Of a DNA stretch of 64,000 nt, positions 9,716-21,121 are shown in pieces (positions within the stretch are counted from its first letter, which is position 1; every line of letters begins with the position of its first letter). Made by a program: the position numbers and the translations under genes. The stretch is from Candidatus Woesearchaeota archaeon. GTDB lineage: Archaea; Nanobdellota; Nanobdellia; Woesearchaeales; GW2011-AR9. The stretch lies in assembly GCA_018655525.1 (NCBI GenBank), contig JABIJM010000030.1, forward strand, positions 28,083 to 92,082, written 5' to 3'. The notes under the pieces are model-generated. The model was given only the letters and a program-made list of their open reading frames with translations. It did not search any database and was not told the origin of the DNA.

Positions 9716-9832
9716 GCCTCTGTAGCATAGTGGCTAATGCGTCTGCCTCGTAAAATCTAGGTTTCCTTGATTTGTTCAGAAATCTTGATTTCAGACAGCA
9801 GAAGATCGGGAGTTCAAATCTCCCCAGGGGCT
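9716..9832 (+). tRNA. tRNA-Thr(CGT) with 44-nt intron at 37/38 (9753-9796)
   Basis: Acceptor GCCTCTG/CAGGGGC, anticodon stem TCTGC/GCAGA, anticodon 9749-9751, T-arm GGGAG-TTCAAAT-CTCCC. Confidence 0.9.
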
Positions 9833-9860
9833 TTTTATTCTTTTTGAAGAAAATTAAAAT

Positions 9861-10496
9861 CTAACGATACATGTCTCTAAGAACGAGATCAAAAACTCTT
9901 GGAAGAAATTGTTCTTGAACTCTAACAGATTCACCCAAAAGTAAATTAGAATATGTTTGTGTTTTATCTAACTCTTTCTGCAAAATGGCGGGTATATGAT
10001 GTAATCGTGTTTCTTGACCTTTACGTTTATTTCTAGTTACTTCATGAGCAAATAATTTTAAAGGTGAAACATACGCATTAGAGAAATCTTCAACACTTCC
10101 ATAAACTTGGGTAAATTCTGCGTCCATTAATTCAGGAGTTAATTCTGAATGTTGAGATAATCCTTCAACAAAGCGAACAGTTCGTGAATATGCACCAAGA
10201 GTAGTATCCAAAACTCTTTGATCCTCTGAATTTAATGTATCATCACTTCCTTGAACTTCTTCCAGAATCTTTTTTGCAATAACATAAGATGCAGCGAAAA
10301 ATGCACTTGTAACCTCTAGAATATTATCTCTTCCAAAATAATTAACAATATCCTCAGAATGATCTGGTTGTAAATCTGATGAAACAGTTCCATCAATTTC
10401 AGCTTTTAGAGCATTTGCAAAATCAGAAGTATATTTATCACTAAATTTTCCACCAAACCATCCATTTACTTGTCCTAAGGTTTGTTCTAAATCCAT
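9861..10496 (-). CDS. hypothetical helical protein
   Basis: Long ORF; probable start MDLEQTL downstream of a TATA box. Confidence 0.55.
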   Translation of the reverse strand: MDLEQTLGQVNGWFGGKFSDKYTSDFANALKAEIDGTVSSDLQPDHSEDIVNYFGRDNILEVTSAFFAASYVIAKKILEEVQGSDDTLNSEDQRVLDTTLGAYSRTVRFVEGLSQHSELTPELMDAEFTQVYGSVEDFSNAYVSPLKLFAHEVTRNKRKGQETRLHHIPAILQKELDKTQTYSNLLLGESVRVQEQFLPRVFDLVLRDMYR

Positions 10497-10627
10497 ATAT
10501 TTTTTCACTTTAAGGGGTATATAAAGATTATGGATGTGTAAACAACTTGTTTTTAACATCACTAAAGCATAAACCATTTATAAACACATTCACAAATTAT
10601 ATAAACGATAAACACAAATTTCTCTAA

Positions 10628-11356
10628 ATGGATGAAAATCAAGAAGAAGATGTCCAAATAGAACCTACATCTGAAGAGAAATATAACCCAGAATTAGATG
10701 TAGATACAAAATCCAATACAAAATACCTTATTATCATGGTTGCGATTGTTATCGGGATATTTGCAGTTTCTTTAGGTGGATTCACATTTTTAGATGATGG
10801 AATCACAGGTGGTACTGTTGTAGATGTGGATCAACAACATCAAGATAATAAGGAAGGTCTTCTTGACGAAAAGGAGGGATATATTTACAATGGATTTAGT
10901 TTTGTAAAAATAGATGGATTATGGTGGACGGAACGTAAAGCACAAGATAGGATTATCAAAATCCCATTACATTTCGCACCAAAAGATTTAGAATACATTC
11001 CTGTAACAGGAACTTTAGCACCTGAGTTTAATATGGGAGATAAAGTGTATGTTGCAATTGATCCAAAAACTGAAGATAAATTTTACACTTTAGGGATCTC
11101 AGAATTAAGTTTCAATATGGCGAAAGGTGTCAATCGTGATCCCGTTGGAGCATGCATTGAAGAAAACGAAGCATGTGCAGATTATGAAGTGATCAGTTGC
11201 GATAATAATGGTGGAAAACCAGTTGTTGAACTTGTTCTAGGAAAAACAGAATCTGTAGAACTTAAAGGAACCTGTATGAAGATTACGGGTAAAGATATGG
11301 GATTCGTAAAAGCTGTTGACCGGGCATTGCTTAAGTGGTACGGCATGATGAGTTAA
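10628..11356 (+). CDS. Membrane-anchored hypothetical protein
   Basis: Single TM helix followed by ITGG motif and Cys-containing extracellular domain. Confidence 0.65.
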   Translation: MDENQEEDVQIEPTSEEKYNPELDVDTKSNTKYLIIMVAIVIGIFAVSLGGFTFLDDGITGGTVVDVDQQHQDNKEGLLDEKEGYIYNGFSFVKIDGLWWTERKAQDRIIKIPLHFAPKDLEYIPVTGTLAPEFNMGDKVYVAIDPKTEDKFYTLGISELSFNMAKGVNRDPVGACIEENEACADYEVISCDNNGGKPVVELVLGKTESVELKGTCMKITGKDMGFVKAVDRALLKWYGMMS

Positions 11357-11387
11357 TTATATTAACTCACACTTCTTTCTTTCTATT

Positions 11388-12131
11388 ATGATCATAAGCT
11401 TTTTTGAAGAATATCCCACAAAAGAAAACCTTGCAAAACTTTCTCTTATAGAAAATCCAACAAAATTATACATTGGAGCAAAATCTCTGAAAGAATTCAA
11501 CCAAATCAAATCTACAATAAATAACCCTTATGTCAAAGAAATAATATGGTGGATTCTCTTAGAAAACAATGAAGGGTACTGGTTTTCTCCATTTACAAAG
11601 ACAACCGCATTAAAACGTGTATTTGAAGAAGCAAAAGACACACCCGTTATGATTGATGCCGAATATCCATTACGACATAGCCCTTGGTTATTCTTCACAC
11701 AACTACCTTCTTTTTTCAAAAATAGAACTTTAATTAGAAATTTCATTAAGAATCATAAAAATATTTACGTTGCAGAGTATTTTCCAGAAGGAAATTGGAA
11801 AGATAAATGGATGCATTTTATGGGCATGCATTTTGATGCAAATATATATAATTGTAAAACGATGAAAATGATTTATCATTCAATTGTTCCTTACCTTAAA
11901 GGTGGAATCACAAAGAAATTTCAAAGAGCAAAAAGACTCTACAAAGACAACTACATTCCAGGTTATGGCACAATTGCTACAGGTGTTCTTGGAAACGAAC
12001 CAATTCTTAAAACAACTCAATTAGAAAAAGATTTACAACATGCAAAAGATGCAAATATGAAAGAAGTTGTCATTTTCAGATTAGGTGGTCTTAACAAAAA
12101 TTATAGGGATATAATCAAAAGATTCACTTAA
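11388..12131 (+). CDS. hypothetical protein (possible TIM-barrel hydrolase)
   Basis: 247-aa ORF; MIDAEYP and VVIFRLGGL segments. Confidence 0.55.
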   Translation: MIISFFEEYPTKENLAKLSLIENPTKLYIGAKSLKEFNQIKSTINNPYVKEIIWWILLENNEGYWFSPFTKTTALKRVFEEAKDTPVMIDAEYPLRHSPWLFFTQLPSFFKNRTLIRNFIKNHKNIYVAEYFPEGNWKDKWMHFMGMHFDANIYNCKTMKMIYHSIVPYLKGGITKKFQRAKRLYKDNYIPGYGTIATGVLGNEPILKTTQLEKDLQHAKDANMKEVVIFRLGGLNKNYRDIIKRFT

Positions 12132-13207
12132 AATAAATATCTCAGAAATCTCAAGAATCTAGGTTCCCTAAGCAATACATGCGAAATTAAAGGGATTGGA
12201 TTATCTCTGGTATATCTTTCAAAAACTTTCTGAATTTTTGGTTGTGCAACATACCCTACTAAATGATCCCAATCACCATCACTAAATTTCTCCATTATCT
12301 TCTGTACTTGAAGATGTGTCCACATTTGTTTCCGTAGCGGTTTCATCTCTTTATACAAATCCTTTCCATTCAAAATGCAATCAACTGTAATTTGAACTTG
12401 CTGAAACGCTGGTACAATGCCTCCAAGTGTTGTCGCTTTAACATACGAAGAAGCATCTCCTACAACATAACAGTTTCCTTTCTTCAACTTTTGCTTGGGA
12501 TGATACAAAGGAATTGTGCCTGCTTGCATCTCTTTAACTTTCCATCCACGTCCTTCAACAAACTTTTCAAAGAATACACGTGAATTTTTCTTCATTGCTA
12601 AACCAACTCTCGCCAGATGCTGAGATTCAGGAGTCACCCATGCAAATAATCCTGGACACACATCACTTCCAAAGTATGTTTTAATTACATTTGGTTCAAA
12701 ATTTCCTTCCATTACTGCTTGAATCCCATAATAGTTCTCTCTTCCTTCATGATATAGACCAAAAGCTTTCGCTGTGGAACTTAATGGACCATCAGCAGCA
12801 ATGACAACATCTGCAGTAACGCGTTTCTCTTTACCTTCATTAACAACCACTAAATCATTACCTTCTTTACGGACAAAAGTATGATTTAAGAAAAATTTTG
12901 CACCTTCTTTCTCTGCAATCTTAGAAAAATACTGATCAAACTTTGTTCTACAAACAATGTAGTCTTTTTGTTTTATTTCTAATTTTTTCTTTGGAGAATA
13001 AACTTTAATTGTATCAATGGTATTTACCAAGTAATCTTCCATTGGAAAATTGAATTGATCAAAAGATGAGGTTAATATGCCTGTACATTGGATAGGTGCA
13101 CCAATCTTAGCATGGTTCTCATAAATAGAAACTTCTTTGCCTTCTTTTGCAAGTAAATATCCTGCATAACATCCTACTGGTCCACCTCCAATAATAGCTA
13201 TTTTCAT
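12128..13207 (-). CDS. Geranylgeranyl reductase family FAD-dependent oxidoreductase
   Basis: IIGGGPVG, PIQCTG, IAADG, VGDA motifs. Confidence 0.88.
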   Translation of the reverse strand: MKIAIIGGGPVGCYAGYLLAKEGKEVSIYENHAKIGAPIQCTGILTSSFDQFNFPMEDYLVNTIDTIKVYSPKKKLEIKQKDYIVCRTKFDQYFSKIAEKEGAKFFLNHTFVRKEGNDLVVVNEGKEKRVTADVVIAADGPLSSTAKAFGLYHEGRENYYGIQAVMEGNFEPNVIKTYFGSDVCPGLFAWVTPESQHLARVGLAMKKNSRVFFEKFVEGRGWKVKEMQAGTIPLYHPKQKLKKGNCYVVGDASSYVKATTLGGIVPAFQQVQITVDCILNGKDLYKEMKPLRKQMWTHLQVQKIMEKFSDGDWDHLVGYVAQPKIQKVFERYTRDNPIPLISHVLLREPRFLRFLRYLF

Positions 13208-13312
13208 TTTAGAATCCAATTTAAGTGATTATAAAAAACTTATTAAAAAAAAGATCAAAAAAAAATCCAAATAAAAAAAAAAGAAAAAAAGATTTGGAAG
13301 AAAAAAACACAC

Positions 13313-14641
13313 TTAATAATATGTTTGTTCTTCGTCTTCGTCGTCTTTACGTAAACGGCTGAAACCGATGATTAAACCAATTAATACTAGTAATACAACT
13401 AATACAATTAAAGCTAATTCTAATCCGTTTCTTAAACTTACTCCGTCTTCACCAGCAACTACGTTTGCATTTAGGCTTACAGTTTCTAAAACTTCATCGC
13501 CTGCTTTAACAGCTACAGATGCTACGTGATTACCAGCAGCAGCGTCTCCAGAGACAGCTACATTAACGTAAACAACTTTGTTTTTACCAGGTTCTAATAC
13601 TACTAAGTTGTCACTGAATGAAGCAGTTGCCCAGTCACCAGTTACAGCTTCTAAAGTATAAGCTTTTGAAGTTGTTCCAGCGTTGGTTAATGCTACACCG
13701 TATGTTGCTGTTTTACCGGTTGCAACAGTTTGTGTTGAAGGACCAACAGCTAATACTAACTTATCAGATCCTGCAAACTTACTGTCTGCTACTACGTGTA
13801 CGGTTCCTGTTTTTGTAACAGTTTCTCGTAAATCATCATACATTGCAGTTACTTTGATTTCGTAATCACCTTCTGCGGTACTTGCAGGGATAGGTAAGAA
13901 CATTTCTTCAACATCTTCGTAATCTACATTGTGGTTATCTGTTTTTACAACGTCAACGTATTTACTTGTGGTAACTCCTAAAGCAGGAATACTTACAGTA
14001 ACTTTAACGTCTTTCTGATCTTTGTCACCGAAGTTCTCTAAAAGAACGGTAGGGTGAATTGATCGTCCAGCTTTAACAGTAGAACCAGGGAATAATGTTA
14101 CTTCCTTAATATCTAAAGCATGACGTGCAGGTTCAACATTTAATTTTACAACTCTTCCAATAGGAGCAGATGCACTATTATAAATGTTTAAGTGTAACCA
14201 ATATACTTGCTTATCTAAGTTTTTAGGTAAGTCAATGTTTAACTTAACAGTTTTTTGTGTATTTGCAGCCATATCAAACAGATGTGTTGAATCGCTTAAT
14301 TTTTCATAATCAGAGTATTCATAACCCTTGATCTTTGCTTCAACTTCAACGTTTTGAACTGCTTCTTTAGTGAAAAGAGTTACTTCAACTTGCATCTTTT
14401 CTCCTTCTTCAACAGTTACGGAAGGTACATTTACTGCAACATTCCCGTTGAAATCCACTACATCTTCACCAATTTTATTTCCATTAACATCTAACACGTT
14501 TACTGCTTTGTTTCCAAAGCTTACACTATTGCCATCTACTTCTACTTCCCATGCGAAGTTGGAATCATCCAAAGCTACCACGCTGGAAACCATAAGTAAA
14601 CTGATGACGAATAATGCCATTATACTTACTATTTTTTTCAT
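13313..14641 (-). CDS. Putative S-layer/surface protein (signal peptide, Ig-like domains, C-terminal TM)
   Basis: Val/Thr-rich beta domains, C-terminal anchor, EEQTYY tail. Confidence 0.7.
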   Translation of the reverse strand: MKKIVSIMALFVISLLMVSSVVALDDSNFAWEVEVDGNSVSFGNKAVNVLDVNGNKIGEDVVDFNGNVAVNVPSVTVEEGEKMQVEVTLFTKEAVQNVEVEAKIKGYEYSDYEKLSDSTHLFDMAANTQKTVKLNIDLPKNLDKQVYWLHLNIYNSASAPIGRVVKLNVEPARHALDIKEVTLFPGSTVKAGRSIHPTVLLENFGDKDQKDVKVTVSIPALGVTTSKYVDVVKTDNHNVDYEDVEEMFLPIPASTAEGDYEIKVTAMYDDLRETVTKTGTVHVVADSKFAGSDKLVLAVGPSTQTVATGKTATYGVALTNAGTTSKAYTLEAVTGDWATASFSDNLVVLEPGKNKVVYVNVAVSGDAAAGNHVASVAVKAGDEVLETVSLNANVVAGEDGVSLRNGLELALIVLVVLLVLIGLIIGFSRLRKDDEDEEQTYY

Positions 14642-14771
14642 TTTATTCTTCCTCCAAATCTAATTTTCAATTTTGGAATATGTTTTCTCGTCAAAACGAA
14701 GATTGTTTTTTAAACCTTTCGTTGTTTTGAGTATGGTTGAGTAACTACACCTAATAACTATTGTAAAATAA

Positions 14772-16817
14772 TTATTGGATGGTTACTGTTCTGTACACCA
14801 CACTATTGTGGTGGTCGTTGCTTACAGTCAACACAAGAGTATAAGTTCCTGGTTGAACGTCATATGGCACATTTACGTAAAGGGTCTTCGTTTCTGAATC
14901 TCCTTTTTTCAAGTCAAACTCTCCTGAAGTTCCATACATATTTGCGTCATAAACGAATGCTCGGATGTTTGTATCATCCCAGTCTTCGTTACCATTATTC
15001 TTTACATGTACTCCTACAGTGATATAATCCCCAGGTGTTGCCACTTCTGGTAACACGTGTACGGATGAAATCTTTGTATTTGCGTACCCTGCACGAACTG
15101 TAATTGTAAATGTTTGTGAGAAAGATTGTTTCCCATCATTGATTGCTAAAATCACTTCATGAGATCCTTCTTCTGCAACCCATTCAACTAAACCTGTTTT
15201 TGATACTTTCATACCAGCAGGTCCTTTTACAACATAATATTGGATTGGTTTATCACTTTCAGCTAAAATCTGATAGGTATAATCTTCACCATCTGTTGCG
15301 GTTGTAACTGGTGTTGATACGATTTTCAAAGTATCAACGATTACAGGATTTACTGGATCACAAGCATCTCCTTTACCATCTTTATCTGTATCTTTTTGAT
15401 CAGGGTTAAATGTTAAAGGGCAGTTATCTTGACCATCTGGGATTCCATCTTTATCAGAATCTAAGATTACAACGCCAACACCAATCTTGTAAGATTGTGT
15501 GGTAATTCCTCCAAATCCATCTGCAACTTGTACAGACACATCAAAAGAATTTCCTGAATCTGTTGCAATAGGAGTCCAACTTACGATACCGTTAACAAGA
15601 TTCATTCCTGCAGGTTTTTGTGTTAAACTTACAGTTAATGCATCATTATCTGCATCACTTGCTTTTACAGCATAAGTATATTCAACACCAACAGTTGCGG
15701 AATGACCTGGTTGAGAGGTAATTGTTGGATCTCTGTTTACATCTGCAACAGTAATTGTTACAGTTTGTGATTCAGAGTATGTTTTTCCATCATAAGATTG
15801 AAATTTAATTTTCACATCTTTTGATGTTGCAGGATGTTGAACAAAGTCAAATCCTGGCGTAATGGTGAATTTTCCTGTAGATTCATCAAAGGTTACTTCT
15901 TTAGGTAAAGCCGTACTTTTGAACATGTTATTTACTTGACATCCAAATTCAAACCATTTACATGATTTTAAATTTGTAACATCTTTCGCAACATAACTAG
16001 ATCCACCAGAAACTGTGAAAGTTTTTGATACTCCTTCATTAACAATGTGGTTTTTTACACCTACTTCTAAGGTAGGAGGTTTGTTTTGATCAACAACAGT
16101 TAATTGAACAGTTGCTTTTCCGATTCCACCCTTACCATCATTTCCTTCAAAAACAACATCATATGTTCCTTGATCTTCAAAGGTTGGTTGCCATGAAAAA
16201 GTATATACAGCTCCCCATTTTTGAATGTTAGATCCTTTTGGTAAATTGTTACTTGTTACAGTTACAACATCACCATCTACATCAGAAGGTACAATTACAA
16301 AGTTAAAGTAAACATCTTCATTTACTGTTTTTTTGTATACTTTAGCTGGTTTTGATTGTACTACTTCTAAATCAGGCATGGTTAATTCTGGATTGTTATT
16401 ACCAGATAAAACGTTTAATTCTAAAAAGTCTGTTTTAATAGAATTGCTATCTGCAAGTTTTACGGTAACAACATAGTTTCCTACTTTATCATTATAATTT
16501 TTAGGAACAACAGTAATTTCTTCGTATGCTATATTCTTTGTATCAATTGTATTTTGAGCTACAACACCAACAATGTTTCCTGTTGCCTTATCATTAATTT
16601 GAACTGTTAACAATACACTATTTTCAGGAGATGAGAAATATCCTGTTGCAAATTTTGCTGATTGACCGTTCACAATAGTTTTACTCATTGATCCGTCATC
16701 CCATGCAAAAAGTTGTTTACCTTGAGCTGCTTGTGTCCAATCTACTTGTGCAACTGCTGCACTTGAAACTAGCATTAAAGCAAACATAAGTACAATTAGA
16801 TGTTTAAATATATTCAT
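14772..16817 (-). CDS. Secreted adhesin-like protein (cadherin/Ig repeats, thrombospondin type-3 repeat, CARDB)
   Basis: [25 protein letters not shown]...DGKGDACD motifs. Confidence 0.75.
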   Translation of the reverse strand: MNIFKHLIVLMFALMLVSSAAVAQVDWTQAAQGKQLFAWDDGSMSKTIVNGQSAKFATGYFSSPENSVLLTVQINDKATGNIVGVVAQNTIDTKNIAYEEITVVPKNYNDKVGNYVVTVKLADSNSIKTDFLELNVLSGNNNPELTMPDLEVVQSKPAKVYKKTVNEDVYFNFVIVPSDVDGDVVTVTSNNLPKGSNIQKWGAVYTFSWQPTFEDQGTYDVVFEGNDGKGGIGKATVQLTVVDQNKPPTLEVGVKNHIVNEGVSKTFTVSGGSSYVAKDVTNLKSCKWFEFGCQVNNMFKSTALPKEVTFDESTGKFTITPGFDFVQHPATSKDVKIKFQSYDGKTYSESQTVTITVADVNRDPTITSQPGHSATVGVEYTYAVKASDADNDALTVSLTQKPAGMNLVNGIVSWTPIATDSGNSFDVSVQVADGFGGITTQSYKIGVGVVILDSDKDGIPDGQDNCPLTFNPDQKDTDKDGKGDACDPVNPVIVDTLKIVSTPVTTATDGEDYTYQILAESDKPIQYYVVKGPAGMKVSKTGLVEWVAEEGSHEVILAINDGKQSFSQTFTITVRAGYANTKISSVHVLPEVATPGDYITVGVHVKNNGNEDWDDTNIRAFVYDANMYGTSGEFDLKKGDSETKTLYVNVPYDVQPGTYTLVLTVSNDHHNSVVYRTVTIQ

Positions 16818-17803
16818 TTTTTACTCTCACTTCCTCTACAATATCCTAATGCTACTCCAAAGAATTTATCTCCTTCAGTTGAGATCATTGCTGTAGGTGT
16901 AACACATACACCGTGACCATTTCCAGCTTCAATTCTGATTGGAACTGCTAATCTTACATAAGGTGAAATAGATTCATCAACGCCACCTTTCTGATCAAAA
17001 GAACCTGCGCCTTGCATTACAACACCATCAATTGCTTTTGAGACATAAGTAGATTCGTTCCATGTAGTTTCTTTACTTAATACTCCAGCTGTGAATCCTA
17101 AACCAAGACCTACACGACTTCCATTGTAAAGTAAGGTATTGTTTTGTAATGATAATCCTAAAGCGGTTGCTGATAATTGTGCATCACTAGTACTATCTTC
17201 AGTTAATGTTAAACTTCCAGCTAATGGACCTTTTGCTGCATCTTTTACAACTTGATCTTTGTTAATTAAAGTCTCACCAGAATATAATCCTACATGAGCT
17301 CCTAAACTCCAATCTCTTCCGGTAGGATGATATCGTAATCCAATATCAATTCCGGTTGTGTTTTGGATATTTCTATTTGATTCTGCTAAAACTCCATAAA
17401 CCCCACCAAGTTCAACTTCAGGTAAACCTGCTAATGTTGGAACATGGTTTGTGATTGTTTTTGTAATTGTTACAGGTGTTGCAGCATAAGATAATCCTAC
17501 TGGTGTTGCACTTCCAGGTAAAGTTACCCCACGTGCCATTGTAACTTTAGTTGCACCATCAGGTAATCCTACTGGTGTTACTTTTTGTGGTAAACCAACA
17601 ACATCATCTAAACTTGCGTTAGAAGGTATAGTTACGGTTCTTTTTGTTGTAAAATTGTAAGTTGTTTTTCCATCCTGAACGTTTTGAACTTGAACAGTTG
17701 TTTGTGGTGCTTTAGCTAATACACTTGGTGCGTATGCTGCTACTGCTAATCCTGCTGCTAATACAACAGGCGCAACCACTTTATTTTTTAAATATGTAAA
17801 CAT
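16814..17803 (-). CDS. Secreted protein with TPVGL repeats and a beta-barrel-like C-terminal region
   Basis: Signal peptide; 72-bp-spaced repeat TAATCCTACTGGTGTT (17492, 17564); alternating amphipathic strands. Confidence 0.55.
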   Translation of the reverse strand: MFTYLKNKVVAPVVLAAGLAVAAYAPSVLAKAPQTTVQVQNVQDGKTTYNFTTKRTVTIPSNASLDDVVGLPQKVTPVGLPDGATKVTMARGVTLPGSATPVGLSYAATPVTITKTITNHVPTLAGLPEVELGGVYGVLAESNRNIQNTTGIDIGLRYHPTGRDWSLGAHVGLYSGETLINKDQVVKDAAKGPLAGSLTLTEDSTSDAQLSATALGLSLQNNTLLYNGSRVGLGLGFTAGVLSKETTWNESTYVSKAIDGVVMQGAGSFDQKGGVDESISPYVRLAVPIRIEAGNGHGVCVTPTAMISTEGDKFFGVALGYCRGSESKK

Positions 17804-17804
17804 T

Positions 17805-18476
17805 TTATTGTCCTCCTTGATTCCTTGCATGTAGAGAATCTAATTTTTTTTGAAATTCATCATAAGAAAATGATTGTGTCCCTGCAACTTCTGGAAAATT
17901 ATAATCTGCTCCTTTCACTCTAGCTGCAAGAGTTTGTGGCGCTGGATTAGTCTTTCCTAATACACGACAAAAGTTAGGAGTTTCTTCAACAGTATCTAAT
18001 TTAGAATTTTTTAAATAAGGACGAGAACTTCTTTTTCGTTTCCCAAAGCCATCAACGCCAATGCTTAAACCATTTTCATCAATTGACAATACAATCTCTT
18101 CTTTGCCTTCAAGAGCTCTTTGTGATTGTACTCTGTATTTATTCCAAAATCTTTTGTGAGGGTGACGTGGATTTTCAGCAAAGCATGCATCGTTATGTTT
18201 CATAACTGCAAATAATAAACTTTTCTTCACACCATCCATTTCAAAGTATTTTACAGGAAAGAAATTTGTTTCTCCTTCCTTAACAACATAACCTAATTCA
18301 CCAGTATGTTGAGTTTTAGATTCCTCAATGGAAGGGCCATTATATTCTACAGTGACTTCAGTTCTAGTCTGAGGTAAAACTGGAGACATACATCCTCCTA
18401 AAGCAGACGCTATGTAAATTCCACCGGCAACGATTGCCGTTTTTACAGTTGATTCTAAAATTGATTTATATGACAT
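17805..18476 (-). CDS. Putative lipoprotein
   Basis: Hydrophobic N-region ending ALGGC. Confidence 0.55.
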   Translation of the reverse strand: MSYKSILESTVKTAIVAGGIYIASALGGCMSPVLPQTRTEVTVEYNGPSIEESKTQHTGELGYVVKEGETNFFPVKYFEMDGVKKSLLFAVMKHNDACFAENPRHPHKRFWNKYRVQSQRALEGKEEIVLSIDENGLSIGVDGFGKRKRSSRPYLKNSKLDTVEETPNFCRVLGKTNPAPQTLAARVKGADYNFPEVAGTQSFSYDEFQKKLDSLHARNQGGQ

Positions 18477-18489
18477 TTTATTTCTCCTC

Positions 18490-19677
18490 CTAATACGGAA
18501 CCTCATCGGTTTCTAATTGTTTTCTAAACCTTCTCACACGAGGAGATCTTCTTGTTCGTTTTCTTGAACATCGTTCTTTTAATGAATCGTATTTACCTTG
18601 CAAATTACTATAGTCTGAATTGCATTTATTAAGATCATTTACAACCCATCCAACAGATTGTGAATCACCGTTAGCTAAAGTTATCATTCGTTTATCATTA
18701 TCTTGACAGACACCTAATTTTTGCTCTAAAGTCGCTTTAGCTGTATTAGCAGATTTTAATTTACCATCTAATTCAGTTACTTTTGCTTCAGAAGTGTTTA
18801 ATTTTCCACGTGTTGTATCTAATTCAGCCTGTGCTGTCTCGTACAATCCTTTATTTGCATTTGCATCCGCTAATTGTCCAGCATCTGGCCTTTGACTTAA
18901 TACATAAGTAATAGTTGCCAAACCTGCACTTGCAACTAATGCAACACCTGCAACAATTTTTGCAAGGTTTCCATATCCAATTGCCTTTCGTTGAGAATTA
19001 ACATGACCAAGACGTAATCCAGTATAAGATTTTCTTCCTTCTGAACCAAGTTGTAAATAATCAATAACTTTTTCTTCTGCAATCACAACATCATGATTTA
19101 ATGTTATGATAGCGGATCTCTTTTCTCCAAGTTCATTAGTTAAAGAAGCTAACTCAACATTACCTTTATCATCTAATTTTCCATTATCTCTTGATTTTTC
19201 AAGCAGTTTAATATCTTCAAGATCAACAGTATATTCTCCTTCAAGACCTACAAGTGTTAATTTTTTATTATAATAATCACCTTGATCTAAAGATTTATCA
19301 ATCCAAGAATCTACAACTTCTAAACTTCCTGCACCATAAACTTGATTAAGTGAATCATATGCCGCAAGTGCAAATTTAGAGTTATATGCCGCTAATTTGT
19401 CTAATGTATTTACTAAATGAGCTTCAACTTCTCCAATTCCATTATTTTCAAGAACGCCTAATATTCCATCTTTTTTCCTATAAAGACCCCGTACTTCATC
19501 TGCAAATTCATTTACAAATAAAGCCTTAGTATCAGGAAATTGAAGTCCTTCATGTGCATATTTTTTTTCAATTCCTTCAATTCTATCAAGAAGATTGCTT
19601 TGGTATAAAGGAATTGTTACTGTATCGTTAACATTACCGTCGCCAGCACGCTTTGTATCATTATTATTATCAGTCAT
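18490..19677 (-). CDS. Membrane-anchored coiled-coil protein
   Basis: One TM helix flanked by heptad-rich regions. Confidence 0.6.
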   Translation of the reverse strand: MTDNNNDTKRAGDGNVNDTVTIPLYQSNLLDRIEGIEKKYAHEGLQFPDTKALFVNEFADEVRGLYRKKDGILGVLENNGIGEVEAHLVNTLDKLAAYNSKFALAAYDSLNQVYGAGSLEVVDSWIDKSLDQGDYYNKKLTLVGLEGEYTVDLEDIKLLEKSRDNGKLDDKGNVELASLTNELGEKRSAIITLNHDVVIAEEKVIDYLQLGSEGRKSYTGLRLGHVNSQRKAIGYGNLAKIVAGVALVASAGLATITYVLSQRPDAGQLADANANKGLYETAQAELDTTRGKLNTSEAKVTELDGKLKSANTAKATLEQKLGVCQDNDKRMITLANGDSQSVGWVVNDLNKCNSDYSNLQGKYDSLKERCSRKRTRRSPRVRRFRKQLETDEVPY

Positions 19678-19809
19678 AATTATAACCCCCAAGTTATGTG
19701 AATACTACTCCCAAGTAAACACTTCTTTATAAACTTTTTGGAACAGTTGTTAGAATATAGTAGTTACAAACCACTGATGACCTTATTTAAGCTTAAAAAC
19801 ACCAATTAG

Positions 19810-21066
19810 TTATAAAAATTGTGAAAGAATTCCTAATGCAAAAAGAAGAATTAATACAATTCCAAGAATTTTATGTTTGCCCATTTGGTACTCTGGTTTC
19901 CGTTCTCCAAGCCTTTTGACTTTCCAATACATCAGGATTACAAGTATCGCATCCAATCCACCAGCGAATGCACCAGTTAATCCTAATATCGCAATAAAAC
20001 TTGTAACATCAAACAACACAATAATTAAAGGAACAAGAAAAGCAAGTGCTAAAGCATATGTTCTTTTAAGATTATAATCTAAATGATACATATCAACTAA
20101 TGCTAAACCTAATGTTAAAAACGAGGTAAACATTGCAAGTACTGCAAGAAGGTTTGCAAATAATCCAAGAATAGGATTTGTATAAATGCTTAATGCAACA
20201 GTTGCGATTCTTTGATTCGCTTCAAGAAGTGAAAAATTTTGGAACCCAATAGATCCAACAACAATAAATGTGAAAATGATGTAAAGTAAGATAGGTGTTA
20301 AAGATCCGAAAATGATTGCCTTTTTCATTTTCTTTCTATCTTTATCAAAGATCTGACGAATTTCAGGAATTGCGGGCGATCCCATTAATGCAAATAAAAT
20401 CACTCCATATGGTGCAATGAAGATTCCAATATTAGAAAACAACACATTTTTGATTGATCCTAAAAATGCCATAAATCCAGATCCAAATAAAGATCCTGCA
20501 AGATTCATAAAAATAGTCGTGTCAATTCCTAAAAGGTTAGTTAATTGAATTTTATCATAGGATAATAAACCAATAATCCCTACAACAACAAATAAAAGAC
20601 TAATTAAAATTAATTCCATGGTGCCTGTAGCTTTAACTCCCCTTGAAATAATTATAAAAGTTACAACAAAGAAGATTAAAGTATAATACAAAGGTTCACC
20701 CCAACCAAAAATAGAATGTAATGTTGCACCTTCTCCAATAAGATATGCAATTAATGCACCATAGCCATTAATGAGCAAAGAAACCATCATAAAACGTTTC
20801 CCTGTTTTTCCCAAATATTTTTCTGCATAACCTGTTAATTGATGAGGTTTTTTTGTCCTTAAAACAATCTCTCCTAGAAAAAGATTTAACATCAAAAATG
20901 CAAGACCTAATACAATAATTAAAAATGAACCATAGACAAAACCAACTTGAGAGATCACAAAAGGAATTCCCAACATTCCTGCACCTACGATGGTACCAAT
21001 TAATGTTGTAATTGCCATCAAAAACTTTTTGTTAGCAAGAACTGGATTTAGTTCACCCTTTTTCAT
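19810..21066 (-). CDS. Aromatic amino acid / amino acid permease
   Basis: GTIVGAGMLGIPF, TSFL motifs; about 11 TM helices. Confidence 0.85.
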   Translation of the reverse strand: MKKGELNPVLANKKFLMAITTLIGTIVGAGMLGIPFVISQVGFVYGSFLIIVLGLAFLMLNLFLGEIVLRTKKPHQLTGYAEKYLGKTGKRFMMVSLLINGYGALIAYLIGEGATLHSIFGWGEPLYYTLIFFVVTFIIISRGVKATGTMELILISLLFVVVGIIGLLSYDKIQLTNLLGIDTTIFMNLAGSLFGSGFMAFLGSIKNVLFSNIGIFIAPYGVILFALMGSPAIPEIRQIFDKDRKKMKKAIIFGSLTPILLYIIFTFIVVGSIGFQNFSLLEANQRIATVALSIYTNPILGLFANLLAVLAMFTSFLTLGLALVDMYHLDYNLKRTYALALAFLVPLIIVLFDVTSFIAILGLTGAFAGGLDAILVILMYWKVKRLGERKPEYQMGKHKILGIVLILLFALGILSQFL

Positions 21067-21121
21067 ATACTAAAGAAGATATTTTATGTTTATATATCTG
21101 TTGGAAAAATAAGAGCACTCC

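Noticed and set aside
13230..13312. Long A-rich tract as a repeat element
   Set aside because: Consistent with an oligo-T terminator region of the minus-strand surface gene
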